NCBI GenBank assembly: GCA_029856105.1
Contig: JAHQWH010000015.1
Location: forward strand, 96,001-160,000
Direction: 5' to 3'
DNA: 64,000 bases
Origin: Promethearchaeia archaeon
GTDB taxonomy: Archaea > Asgardarchaeota > Lokiarchaeia > Sigyniarchaeales > SOKP01
The notes beneath the pieces are model-generated. The model searched no databases. It saw only the letters and a program-made list of their open reading frames with translations, and was not told the origin of the DNA. Below are positions 29,195 through 39,207 of this stretch, in pieces (position 1 is the stretch's first letter; the number at the start of each line of letters is the position of its first letter). Both the position numbers and the translations under genes were made by a program.

Positions 29195-30376
29195 ATGGTA
29201 GAAATTGATAAAAGTCTCATGGGAAAAGATGTTTTGCAATTAGCATTTGATAACTGTATCCGTTGTTCTACGTGTAAATATTCTTATAAGGGTTTCGAGC
29301 CTTCGTGTCCTTCGGGAGAGAAGTTTTTATTCGAATCGTATTGGGCATCTGGGAAAATAAGAATAATAAGAGGAGTCGTAACCGGCGAATTGGAATGGTC
29401 TGAGGATTTAAAAGACGCTATTTTTGCTTGTCCAACTTGTGGGGCTTGTATGGACGCTTGTCAAGCGCCTCACGCCGATTACATCGTAGATATGATAGAA
29501 GCTTTAAGAGAATTAGCTGTAAAACATATTGGGCCAGCTAAAAACCAAGAACTTCTGGTTTCTCGTTGCGAAGAGAATTATAATCCTTATGGAGAGCCTA
29601 ACTCTGATAATGAAGAATTGAAAAAACAATATGACTTACCAGATAAAGCAGATTGGGTTTATTATATTGGATGTACTTCTAATTACCGCCAACAAAGTTT
29701 AAGGGACTCAACCTTAAGATTCCTAAAAAAAAGCGGTATAAATTTCACTTTAATAGACGAACATTGTTGTACGAGCCCTATGATTCGAACTGGGCAACTT
29801 AGCTTTGTTAAAGATTACATGAGCTATAATATCGCTCAAATTAAAAATACCGGCGCTACTAAAGTTATTACTTCATGTGCGGGTTGTTATAGAACATTTA
29901 AGAAAGATTTCGAAAAGTTTGGCGAAGAATACGATTTTGAAGTATTCCACTCTTTAGAATTAGTAAAACAACTATTAGACGATAACAGATTAAAATTTAA
30001 ATCGGAGTATAATAAAACAGTGACTTATCACGACCCTTGTCATCTTGGAAGGCATATGGGTGTTTACGAACTTCCTAGAGCGATTTACAAGCAAATCCCA
30101 GGGTTAAAGTTAGTAGAAATGAGAAGGAATAGGAATTTTGCTTGGTGTTGCGGCGCTGGAGGTGGCGTAAAAATTGGGTACCCTGAATGGTCTGTAGAAA
30201 TATCAAAAGAACGCCTTGAAGAAGCGAAGGAGACCGAAGCAACGGTAATATCGTCAGTATGTCCCTTTTGTAGGACGAATTTAAGCGATGCAAACGAACA
30301 TTATAACTTCGATTTTGAAGTATTAGATTTAATGGAAATTTTAGATCAGATTGAAATCAATGTTTTAAACAGATAA
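29195..30376 (+). CDS. Fe-S oxidoreductase with CCG domains (GlcF/HdrD-like)
   Basis: CIRCSTC, CPTCGACMDAC, YHDPCHLGR, CCGAGGG, CPFC. Confidence 0.9.
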   Translation: MVEIDKSLMGKDVLQLAFDNCIRCSTCKYSYKGFEPSCPSGEKFLFESYWASGKIRIIRGVVTGELEWSEDLKDAIFACPTCGACMDACQAPHADYIVDMIEALRELAVKHIGPAKNQELLVSRCEENYNPYGEPNSDNEELKKQYDLPDKADWVYYIGCTSNYRQQSLRDSTLRFLKKSGINFTLIDEHCCTSPMIRTGQLSFVKDYMSYNIAQIKNTGATKVITSCAGCYRTFKKDFEKFGEEYDFEVFHSLELVKQLLDDNRLKFKSEYNKTVTYHDPCHLGRHMGVYELPRAIYKQIPGLKLVEMRRNRNFAWCCGAGGGVKIGYPEWSVEISKERLEEAKETEATVISSVCPFCRTNLSDANEHYNFDFEVLDLMEILDQIEINVLNR

Positions 30377-30406
30377 TAATAATAATAAAAAAGTTATTTT
30401 AATTTT

Positions 30407-30685
30407 TTATAAATCCTTAGGAATGATTCCTAGTGTAAATAAAGAAAACGAAGAGAAGAGAACATACAACGTTGGCAAGAGAATATAAAGAAAACCGAGA
30501 AATCCTATCATACCCATAAACATCAATCTATGTCCTCTTTTTTTAGGATTTTGGGGATTATAAGGGATAAACACTAAGAATATCAAGAGAAATAATAAAA
30601 ATAGGTAATATAATGGATAGTAGATAGAACCTATGAACCCAAGCCATCCTAAATGAGTTAACCAGCCAAGTGGATTTAGTTTCAC
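30407..30685 (-). CDS. Small hydrophobic membrane protein (DUF3796-like Gly/Leu/Phe repeat)
   Basis: Internal repeat LGWLGFIG / MIGFLGFL; GTG start after AGGTG. Confidence 0.55.
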   Translation of the reverse strand: MKLNPLGWLTHLGWLGFIGSIYYPLYYLFLLFLLIFLVFIPYNPQNPKKRGHRLMFMGMIGFLGFLYILLPTLYVLFSSFSLFTLGIIPKDL

Positions 30686-30805
30686 GCAATACACCTTTTA
30701 TTTGTAACTAATTGAATTTGTTTTAAATTTATTACTATTTAATATTTTCTGTTTAAGAAAGTTTACCATATTAATTCCTCTTTTATTGATTATTTATTTT
30801 AAATT

Positions 30806-30850
30806 ATGATGGAAATCATAGATCAATTAGATATTGAAATTGAGAAGTAA
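30806..30850 (+). pseudogene. Orphan 3' end of a GlcF-like homolog
   Basis: MMEIIDQLDIEIEK* versus LMEILDQIEINVLNR* at the end of 29195-30376. Confidence 0.55.
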
Positions 30851-30982
30851 AAATAAAGGGAATTATCAATTTTCCTTAATTTTATCTAAAATTACTTTTT
30901 AGTAAAAACTTTATAAACTAATTTAGCAAATCTAATAGTAATAATTGATTTTGAAGAGAGAGATCGTATAAGGGTGTATAAT

Positions 30983-32032
30983 ATGGAATTAGAAGATGAA
31001 AGATTTTCGGAAGACGAAAACCTATGGGAAGAACATAAGATTCCATTAACTTATGATCAAGAGAGTATGACAGAATGGTTTAATGAAAAAAGAGGGGGAA
31101 TTAAAGGAAGAGCAGATGTCTTCTATCTTATGTTTGGTATAACGTACAATTGTCAACTTAAATGTCCACATTGTTGCGTGGGTAATTATAAAAATGAGCC
31201 ACGTCGAGAACTTTCGACGGATGAAATTAAAGACATATTAGATCAATCTGCTAAAGCTTTTGTGGTCAACTTCTTTGGGGGTGAACCAACCATGAGAGCA
31301 GATATAATGGAATTAATAAAGTACGCTTCAGAAAGAGCTGTGTACGTATTTTGTGATACAAATGGATTAAAAATCACGAAGGATTTTGCAAGACAATTAA
31401 AGGATAGCGGTTTAGAAATGCTTTATGTTAGCATCGATAGTCCAATTCCAGAAAAACACGACCAATTGCGCGGAATGAAAGGAGTATATAATAAAGCCGT
31501 TCAAGGTATAAAAAATGCGCTTGAAGTAAGACTAAAATGTACTCTTTCTACTTATGTAACCAAAGAAACTCTAGCTAACGGTGAATTTGAAGATGTAATC
31601 AAATTAGCAAGAGAGTTAGGTGCAAATGGAGTAAGATATTTATTACCTACCCCAGCTGGTAGATGGTTATACAATCCTGAGGTAAAATTGACGCCTCAAG
31701 AAGAGAGAAAAGTTAGAAAAATTGCGAAATTTCCATTTGTATGTAGAGATTTTTATTTTCAAACTCAAAGTTCAAGTCAATGCAGGGGAATAGCAGATAA
31801 AGTGTATTTTTATATTTCGCCCTATGGAGATGTCCAACCTTGCTGCTTCATGCCACTTACTTTCGGAAATACTAGGGAAGAACCTCTAAAAACAATTTTA
31901 GAAAGAATGTGGGGGCATCCAATGATGTGCGAATCTTGGACAAAAAAAGAATGCCCGATGTTAAACGAAGAATTCAGGAGCAAATATATAGAGACTATTC
32001 CTCCTAAAGCTAAGCTACCGTTTAAAATGTAA
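30983..32032 (+). CDS. Radical SAM protein with SPASM/twitch domain
   Basis: CQLKCPHC, GGEP, TNG, VSIDSP, C...YISPYGDVQPCC. Confidence 0.88.
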   Translation: MELEDERFSEDENLWEEHKIPLTYDQESMTEWFNEKRGGIKGRADVFYLMFGITYNCQLKCPHCCVGNYKNEPRRELSTDEIKDILDQSAKAFVVNFFGGEPTMRADIMELIKYASERAVYVFCDTNGLKITKDFARQLKDSGLEMLYVSIDSPIPEKHDQLRGMKGVYNKAVQGIKNALEVRLKCTLSTYVTKETLANGEFEDVIKLARELGANGVRYLLPTPAGRWLYNPEVKLTPQEERKVRKIAKFPFVCRDFYFQTQSSSQCRGIADKVYFYISPYGDVQPCCFMPLTFGNTREEPLKTILERMWGHPMMCESWTKKECPMLNEEFRSKYIETIPPKAKLPFKM

Positions 32033-32224
32033 AGAAAATTTTTATCCTTATTTTTTAATCTTCAAGTTCTTTTAGATTCTTCTTATTTACTTCAAAATTA
32101 TAAAATTCATTTATTGAAATTTAACAGTTTTGTCACATGTCTTATATAATAAGATTTCTTAATCGATCTTACTAACAATTTTAAATGAAATCTAATAAAA
32201 ATTTTAATAAAAAGGTATATAAAA

Positions 32225-32596
32225 ATGGCTGAAATTTCAAAAGAAGCGAAAATTGTATTATTGATAAATATTATTTCTTCTTTTATCTTTGCTTTCTTTT
32301 TTTTAATAATTCCAGAAATTTATGCGGATTGGACTAACGAGGCCTATTTTTCTCCTATTTGTTGGCGACAACTAGGAGGAACACTTCTATTATTTGGTAT
32401 ATTTGGCATAATCGCTTTAATGCGAAAAGAATGGGAGCAAGTAAGAATATTCTGGGAATTAGGAATTGCGTTCCTAATAGTCTTAGTTAGTATAGACATA
32501 TGGGTCATGGCTTATGGCTTATTTGATTATACGGTAATTGTTGAAATTGTGTTAGTTGCAATTAATATCTTTTTCTACATAAGAGAAAGGCGATAG
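32225..32596 (+). CDS. Small 4-TM membrane protein (paralog of 22360-22758)
   Basis: Hydrophobic, clear similarity to 22360-22758. Confidence 0.75.
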   Translation: MAEISKEAKIVLLINIISSFIFAFFFLIIPEIYADWTNEAYFSPICWRQLGGTLLLFGIFGIIALMRKEWEQVRIFWELGIAFLIVLVSIDIWVMAYGLFDYTVIVEIVLVAINIFFYIRERR

Positions 32597-32714
32597 AAAA
32601 TCAAATTTCTAAAAACTCTAATTTTTTATTTTTTTTATTTTTTTAAAAACATATTAAATAGTTATATGTAAAATGTGTAGCGTCTATATAAAAAAAAAAG
32701 AGTTTTATAACTTG

Positions 32715-34664
32715 CTATTCGTTAATCATGGCTAGGAACTCGTCTTCGGTAATGATCTTCGACCCTTGCCCTTGAGCTTTTACGTATTTGCTTGTTGGCT
32801 CGGTGCTATTGGTGACCAGATACGATAGGTCTTTTACGATTCCACTTTTTGGAGTACCGCCGTTTTCCGACACCAGCTGGTTCGCTTCGTTTCGGGTCAT
32901 GGTTTCGAGCTTTCCCGTAAAGCAGAAGGTAAGTCCATCCAATTTGTTGCTTCCCATTTTTATACTCCTTGTTTTAATTTTATTGGTTTTTAAAGTTTTA
33001 AGCATGTCAAAATATAAAGCGTGAAACTCGTTGCGAAACTGATTGGCAGTAATGTCGCCAAACAATTCTACTCTTGCCAAATCTTGTACCGTTGTTTTGT
33101 GAATCTTCTCTAACGTGTTGTATCCCGTCTTTACGACCTTTTCCACGAGAGTTTCTCCTACATTTTCGAGGTTGAATCCTCCGATAAACTTTGACAAAGA
33201 CACTTCTTTTACCGCAAACAAGTTATCTAGAGCTTTCTGAGCCGATTTCTCGCCCACTCGATCTAGTTTCGTAAGATCAGAAACCTTCAATTCGTACAAA
33301 TCTGAGATTTTTTGAACTCTTCCCGAATCGAACAATTGTTTTAGGATCAGTTCTCCGAAGTTTTTTACTCCGAGCCTTTTGATCCACATCGTTAACCTGT
33401 GATAAGCTCTTTTCGAGCAATCTTTATTAGGACAATATAATCGAGTTCCTTCGTTAATTAAAGGTGTCTTACAAGCGTTGCATGCGGTAGGAAATTCGAT
33501 CTTTCTAGCATTGGAAGGATTTTGAATAACTCTCTCGATCTTAGGTATGATATCGCCTCGTTTCGAGACTATGACCTTCGAACCGATCTTTAAGCCCAGT
33601 TCTTCAATTAAATTTGGATTGGCAAGGCTCGCTCTTTGAACAGTAGTGCCGGCTATTGATGTGGGTTCGATTATGGCTATTGGCGTGTAATTTGATCCGC
33701 TCTCGCTCCACTCCACTTCGATTACCGTAGATTCCACTTCTTCGGGGTCGAACTTGAACGCAATTTGTTTGGTCGGTCTCGCTCTTTTCATGTCTTCCAA
33801 GTCGATTTCTTTTCCCTTGATTACCAAACCGTCAATGTCGAAATTAAGCTGGTCTCGAATCGACGCCATTACTTCGTCCCGATAGTTGACGACTTCTTTC
33901 GTGGTTTTAAACATATGAGTGTCGACAACCTCGAATTGATAGTTCCTTAACCATTTTAGTTTCTCTAACTCGTTTTTAAATCTATCATCTGGGTTCTTAC
34001 TAATCGCGTCGTATACAATTATTGTTAGGTCTTCGCTACCTTTACCGTCTTTCCTTTTAGTTATACCGCTCGCCATATTTCTACAGTTTTTTGCATCGGG
34101 ATATTTTTTCTGGAAGATATCCATTTTTAAAATTATCTCCCCTCTGACCGCTCCCGTAAATTCTGGGTTAACTTCTGGCACGAAAGCAATCATTTTTCTT
34201 ACATTGTGAGAAATATCGTCTCCTATTAGACCGTCTCCGCGAGTCACTCCGTATTGGAACTTCCCTCTAAGATATTGAAGTTCTACGCTTATACCATCTA
34301 GCTTGAATTGAGTAATAAATTGAGAATACCCTATCTTTCGCGCCCATTTAGAAAACTCTGCGGGAGAGGTTACCTTTGCTTGAGAGTTCATAGGAATTAA
34401 GTGACGAATTTTATTGAGGTTCGCATCGAAGTCTGTCCCTACTTTAAAAAAAACTTCGTTGCTAGGATCGAGTTTCTTTAATTCATCCCAGAGCTTATCG
34501 AACTCCGCATCGCTAATCTCTGATTGCGAGTTGTAATAGAGGTGCTGGTGATATTCTACCTGTGCTTGAAGTTCTTTTACGCGATCAGATTTTGGCATTA
34601 ATGGGGATTTAGAACTTTTTTCTCCTGAAGAGGCGGACTCGAACAATTTTAACTGTTTAGCCAA
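32715..34664 (-). CDS. ligA: NAD-dependent DNA ligase
   Basis: YY...ISDAEFD, KLDG adenylation motif, TRGDG, DGLVIK, IAFKF, GDIIP, C4 zinc finger, HhH motifs, BRCT (FCFTGKL). Confidence 0.95.
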   Translation of the reverse strand: MAKQLKLFESASSGEKSSKSPLMPKSDRVKELQAQVEYHQHLYYNSQSEISDAEFDKLWDELKKLDPSNEVFFKVGTDFDANLNKIRHLIPMNSQAKVTSPAEFSKWARKIGYSQFITQFKLDGISVELQYLRGKFQYGVTRGDGLIGDDISHNVRKMIAFVPEVNPEFTGAVRGEIILKMDIFQKKYPDAKNCRNMASGITKRKDGKGSEDLTIIVYDAISKNPDDRFKNELEKLKWLRNYQFEVVDTHMFKTTKEVVNYRDEVMASIRDQLNFDIDGLVIKGKEIDLEDMKRARPTKQIAFKFDPEEVESTVIEVEWSESGSNYTPIAIIEPTSIAGTTVQRASLANPNLIEELGLKIGSKVIVSKRGDIIPKIERVIQNPSNARKIEFPTACNACKTPLINEGTRLYCPNKDCSKRAYHRLTMWIKRLGVKNFGELILKQLFDSGRVQKISDLYELKVSDLTKLDRVGEKSAQKALDNLFAVKEVSLSKFIGGFNLENVGETLVEKVVKTGYNTLEKIHKTTVQDLARVELFGDITANQFRNEFHALYFDMLKTLKTNKIKTRSIKMGSNKLDGLTFCFTGKLETMTRNEANQLVSENGGTPKSGIVKDLSYLVTNSTEPTSKYVKAQGQGSKIITEDEFLAMINE

Positions 34665-34887
34665 TTGATTTTCATCTCTTATATTTTGAATTTGGTTTTT
34701 TTCTTGGATTTTGGTTAATGTATATTACTCTTATCTCGATAATAAAACTTACTACTTTTATAGTTTAATGATTTTTTGCTAATTGTGATAGTCGTCTTAG
34801 TATATCTTCTCTAGAATGAGATTATTAATTATGGTAATATTAGAAAAAAATAATTAAAAAAAATATAATTTTTAAGCTGATTTTTTA

Positions 34888-35994
34888 TTACTGAACACTT
34901 TGGCCATCAACATCGACGCTACCGGTGGATGTTGTTAATGCGAATGTATATTTATATGTCGCTATTCCATAATTAATTGAAGAATAAATACTTCCTAATC
35001 CTCCTGTTATCTCCATAGTAGCATGAGGGATGTAATTGATAGATCCTACGCCGGTCGAGCTTGTAAATTTAACGCCTGTATTAGCTAAACTATCTCTGTA
35101 TAGCACTTCTATACTTCCTGTTGATGATTTCATGGAACCAGTGACATTAGCGCCCATATTTGTATATTGATAAATCTCCGCATCGATACTACCCGTTGAA
35201 GTTTCAAGTTTTAAATCGATATCTTTGGCATAATACATACTATAACTTTTGAATGTCACGCTCCCAGTTGAGACAATTCCAGTTAAATCATCTCCCATGA
35301 AACAATCTGTGAAGTTTAATAGAAGTGACCCCGTTGATGTAAATGTTTCAAACCCGTGACTAAAATTGGTATTTTTGGCAAGAAGATCAACGCTCCCCGT
35401 ACTAGTCTGAAGTCCAACTTTCCCTTGGAACTCGTTGGCACCTAATGTGATTAATTTAACAGAACCTGTACTCGAAGTAAGGGAAGTGCCATTTAAGATT
35501 ACCTCATCTGGAACTGACATTTCTATCGCACCAGTAGCCATTGTGGCTTCAATATCAAATATTACATCGGTTCTCAGTGTGACTGTTATTGTAATTTCAT
35601 ATGATTTAAACCAGTACGATGGATCAAACCAAATGTCTGGTAAAACCTTAAGATCGAATATGCCAGAAGATTCAGCCCACCATTCAGTACTTGGATTAAA
35701 GAAATCCAAGTAAGTTTTATCAGACATGAATAAACCCGCAATCTTTAAATTGACATCGATTTCTGCGAAATAAGGAGTCGCTGTAGTATTATATTTAACG
35801 ATAATTTTTCCGATATCTGCATTAAGACTCAAATCTTCAATAGGATCGGGAGAGCTTGGTTCGTATTGAAAGTTAAATGAAACATCGATACTCCCGGCTG
35901 TTGTAACGCCGGTAACTATAAAACCAATACCTCCACCAACAATAAGAGCAGATATAACAATTAGAGCAATTTTATAATTTCTCAATTTTTTCAC
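34888..35994 (-). CDS. Membrane-anchored DUF4097/adhesin-like beta-repeat protein
   Basis: N-terminal TM helix; many [TS]STGS[VI] repeats. Confidence 0.7.
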   Translation of the reverse strand: MKKLRNYKIALIVISALIVGGGIGFIVTGVTTAGSIDVSFNFQYEPSSPDPIEDLSLNADIGKIIVKYNTTATPYFAEIDVNLKIAGLFMSDKTYLDFFNPSTEWWAESSGIFDLKVLPDIWFDPSYWFKSYEITITVTLRTDVIFDIEATMATGAIEMSVPDEVILNGTSLTSSTGSVKLITLGANEFQGKVGLQTSTGSVDLLAKNTNFSHGFETFTSTGSLLLNFTDCFMGDDLTGIVSTGSVTFKSYSMYYAKDIDLKLETSTGSIDAEIYQYTNMGANVTGSMKSSTGSIEVLYRDSLANTGVKFTSSTGVGSINYIPHATMEITGGLGSIYSSINYGIATYKYTFALTTSTGSVDVDGQSVQ

Positions 35995-36148
35995 AATTGT
36001 ATTTTTATTTTTATTAGGTTAAGATTAGATTTGTTAGGTAATATTTAAATAAAATTTAGACCGATTTTTATGAGTATTTACAGTGTTAAAAACTTTAATG
36101 CAAAATTTGCACTGTTTTATGACGAGATTTCTTAAATAAATAAAAAAA

Positions 36149-36667
36149 TTAGAGATTTTTCACTAAAGAAACAGCAAAATTCTTAGCGTTTTCGAGATCC
36201 ATTTCATTGGGGCGTCCTTTAATTTTCTCCATATCTTTTTTTGCTTTCTCTCTTTGTTCTTCTGGCAATCTTTCTAACATACTTAACTGTGTATCTAAAG
36301 GTATTCCTAAATTCTCGCCCACACAATCAAATTCACCAATAATTTTACAATTATGCTCTTTAATGATATTAGTTATCCGTTTAAATGGTTCTTGAAATAA
36401 TTTTAAACTGGCATGTGTACAAAAATAAGCGAATTTCGTAGGGAGATCAGGAACAGCTTTTTTTATCATAGTTAAGATTGATTTATCAATTCTACTAGCA
36501 TAAACTCCTGAACCTAAAAACACAATATCATATGAATTCAATGTTGTAGGGTCTACATCTTTAGCACGAATTAAGTCTACATCGTAATCTATTAAGCCAT
36601 CCTTCATACTTTTAGCTATTTTTTCTGTGTTTCCCGTGTTGGAAAAATAAGTAATTAGAATCTTCAT
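36149..36667 (-). CDS. Flavodoxin family protein
   Basis: YFSNTGNTEKIA, YDIVFLGSGVY, FCTH. Confidence 0.88.
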   Translation of the reverse strand: MKILITYFSNTGNTEKIAKSMKDGLIDYDVDLIRAKDVDPTTLNSYDIVFLGSGVYASRIDKSILTMIKKAVPDLPTKFAYFCTHASLKLFQEPFKRITNIIKEHNCKIIGEFDCVGENLGIPLDTQLSMLERLPEEQREKAKKDMEKIKGRPNEMDLENAKNFAVSLVKNL

Positions 36668-36773
36668 ATTATTCACCTTAATATCTTATTAAATTAATTA
36701 TCGAATAAAAATAGTAAAGTCATAATTTAAAGCAGATTTTTTAGGATAAAGAGACAAACTTCCAAATATGTTA

Positions 36774-37679
36774 TCAATCAACAACTAAGTCGAAAAATTT
36801 AATTGCATTTTCTACTGTTCTTTCACTAACGGTATTTTGTGGTACATTATGAGAAAATGCAAGAGCCGCAATTGAATATTTAACATTTAACGGTACATTC
36901 ACAGGTCCTCGTAGATATGGATGTTGGTAATAACTATCAGTTTCCGTAAGTATAGAATTTAATGGAGTATTTTTTGTAACTCTCCGCCATTTATTAATAC
37001 TATATGCCGAACTAGGAACGGAAAGCATATAACCTTGCTTGGGTAAAGAAATTCCATACTCCTGTGGCCCAGAAAAGCAATGCCACATAACTTTTTTTGG
37101 ATTAACATTAAACTCCTTAATAATATTAAGAATCTCTTTTGTAGCTCCATCTCTTTTATTAAAGCGGTGTTTAGGGTTATTTCTATCAAATTCGTGCTCA
37201 GCAGCGTTTCTAACGTGAAGAACATAAGGTTTATTATAACTAACAGTCAGTTCAAAAATTTTCTTTAGTTCGATAACCTGTTTATTTCTCTTTTCAAGAG
37301 TCTTAGCATGGTGAAAATCTAAACCAATTTCTCCAATTGCTAAATATTTCTCTTGGTTACATTCAATATAATCGACCCATTTTTTCCATTCTCTTTCGTA
37401 TTGGAATTTAGGAGTATAAGTAACAGTTTGAGGTGCCCAGCCACATGTAAAACCCATTCTTTCTTTTCCTTCAATAAAATTTAAAATTAAATCAAGAGTG
37501 CTGTTATCGATCGAGCTTGTTATTATGTAAGCACCACCGTTTTTAAAAAAATCTTGATATTGTTGCTCATCGGATGGCAACCTATCGTTTCTTTTAGGAC
37601 GAGGAAATGGTAAGTGACAATGAACATCAATGAATTTAAGGATTTCTTCTGGTTCTGGGATATCGATTTTCTTAGGCAT
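36774..37679 (-). CDS. tatD: TatD family hydrolase/DNase
   Basis: IDVHCHL, IGEIGLDF, LHVR, WHCFSG, LTETDS. Confidence 0.9.
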   Translation of the reverse strand: MPKKIDIPEPEEILKFIDVHCHLPFPRPKRNDRLPSDEQQYQDFFKNGGAYIITSSIDNSTLDLILNFIEGKERMGFTCGWAPQTVTYTPKFQYEREWKKWVDYIECNQEKYLAIGEIGLDFHHAKTLEKRNKQVIELKKIFELTVSYNKPYVLHVRNAAEHEFDRNNPKHRFNKRDGATKEILNIIKEFNVNPKKVMWHCFSGPQEYGISLPKQGYMLSVPSSAYSINKWRRVTKNTPLNSILTETDSYYQHPYLRGPVNVPLNVKYSIAALAFSHNVPQNTVSERTVENAIKFFDLVVD

Positions 37680-37764
37680 GTTTAATCAATACTATATAAT
37701 ATTATAGAACATCTTTTGTGAGAAAATAATTTTAACAATTTAATCTTTGTTTTAACACCAATAA

Positions 37765-37786
37765 AGATGCTTTAATTAAATTTTTA
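37765..37786 (+). repeat. 22-bp direct repeat, copy 1
   Basis: AGATGCTTTAATTAAATTTTTA, identical to 39159-39180. Confidence 0.85.
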
Positions 37787-37800
37787 TTAAAAATTCATAA

Positions 37801-37971
37801 TCATGTATAATAATTTTAGACATTGGAATGGATATTCATTTTGTAGAAGAAAAAGAATTAATGGATCGATTTGGAGATTCTTACAGAGAATACAGAAATG
37901 AAACCCCTGCTTTTTTCGTACCCCCTAAAAATTGGGGTTTATTCTCTAAATATCTTATTGGAATGGCGTAG
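37801..37971 (+). pseudogene. C-terminal fragment of an ICMT/PEMT-family methyltransferase
   Basis: EEKELMDRFGDSYREYRNETPAFF; in-frame stop just upstream and N-terminal part missing. Confidence 0.7.
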
Positions 37972-38082
37972 ATAGTCGATATTAAATTAATTTCAAGCTT
38001 GTCAAGAGGTTACAATAAAGTAAAATATTTTCAATAATCTTTATAGTTGAATAATATTCATTGTTAATAGAGGTGTAATAAT

Positions 38083-38697
38083 TTGGTTCTAGTCTCGATC
38101 ATAAATTTTATTTCATTACTATGCGCCTTTTTTGTTATGGGCTATTTTTACACCCTCAGTATCCAACCCATGAAGCGTTCAGAAAAATATGGTGACAAAG
38201 CTTGGAAAGATTGTAAAAAATTCCGCTCAATTGGAGGATTTGCTGAATTTATATCTATTGCAAATTTAATCCTTTGGATTTGGTTTCCTCTTCCCATTGT
38301 AAATGAGTGGATCATCAGTTCAAATATCTGGATTGGGATAATCATAGGGATCTGTATATTGATACCAGGTATATATCTTCTGATAAGGGGGATGAAGGAT
38401 GCTGGGGCTGAAACTCTAACTCCTTCTAAAGAAACAAAAATGTATAGTGGAATTTATAACTATATTAGACATCCTCAAACTCTTGGAGAGTTTCCTATGT
38501 TCATTGCTATGAGTTTTATGTTTAATTCATGGTTTTTAGTAATACTTTCCTCATTGTTCATCATAATTTATACACCCATAATGATTCACTATGAAGAAAT
38601 AGATCTTGTTAAACGATTCGGTGAAAAATATACGGAATATCAGAAAAGAACGGGAGCATTATTTCCGAAATTAATAAAGGCATCAAAATTAAAATAA
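38083..38697 (+). CDS. Isoprenylcysteine carboxyl methyltransferase / PEMT family membrane protein
   Basis: GIYNYIRHPQ, EEIDLVKRFGEKYTEYQKRTGALFP. Confidence 0.88.
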   Translation: MVLVSIINFISLLCAFFVMGYFYTLSIQPMKRSEKYGDKAWKDCKKFRSIGGFAEFISIANLILWIWFPLPIVNEWIISSNIWIGIIIGICILIPGIYLLIRGMKDAGAETLTPSKETKMYSGIYNYIRHPQTLGEFPMFIAMSFMFNSWFLVILSSLFIIIYTPIMIHYEEIDLVKRFGEKYTEYQKRTGALFPKLIKASKLK

Positions 38698-38725
38698 ATA
38701 ATAATAAAATAATGTGAATATATCT

Positions 38726-39148
38726 ATGGAACAGTCCAAAAAAGTCTATAAAATTAAAGAAAATAAGTGTTTATATGTAGCATCAATTTTAATGCTACTC
38801 TACTCCTTACTAGAAATTGCAGATAGCATTGCGATTATCCTAATTGCATTTAATATCATCCCAAATCTTTATTTAGAATGGGGTATCCCTATAATAAAAC
38901 AACTTATGGAAACCCAACCTTTATCTCTCGCACCCATTTTCTGGGCTTTTACGATAATGAGAACCGTTTCAGCAATTGGGCTCATAAGAAATTTATTATG
39001 GGGATTTTGGATTGGAGTAAGTAGTTTACTCATTACCATGATCCTTACCATTTTATTTCTACCTATTGGTGCTTTTGAACTTCTTGGGTGTGCTATAATC
39101 TTCATTTTATTAGTTATGGGGTATTGTAAAGATAAACCAATAATATAA
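38726..39148 (+). CDS. Hypothetical membrane protein
   Basis: About 4 hydrophobic helices. Confidence 0.65.
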   Translation: MEQSKKVYKIKENKCLYVASILMLLYSLLEIADSIAIILIAFNIIPNLYLEWGIPIIKQLMETQPLSLAPIFWAFTIMRTVSAIGLIRNLLWGFWIGVSSLLITMILTILFLPIGAFELLGCAIIFILLVMGYCKDKPII

Positions 39149-39158
39149 AACAAAATAG

Positions 39159-39180
39159 AGATGCTTTAATTAAATTTTTA
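39159..39180 (+). repeat. 22-bp direct repeat, copy 2
   Basis: Identical to 37765-37786; overlaps likely TATA region of the 39208 gene. Confidence 0.85.
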
Positions 39181-39207
39181 AACAACCTTTTTTATTTAAA
39201 TGATATA

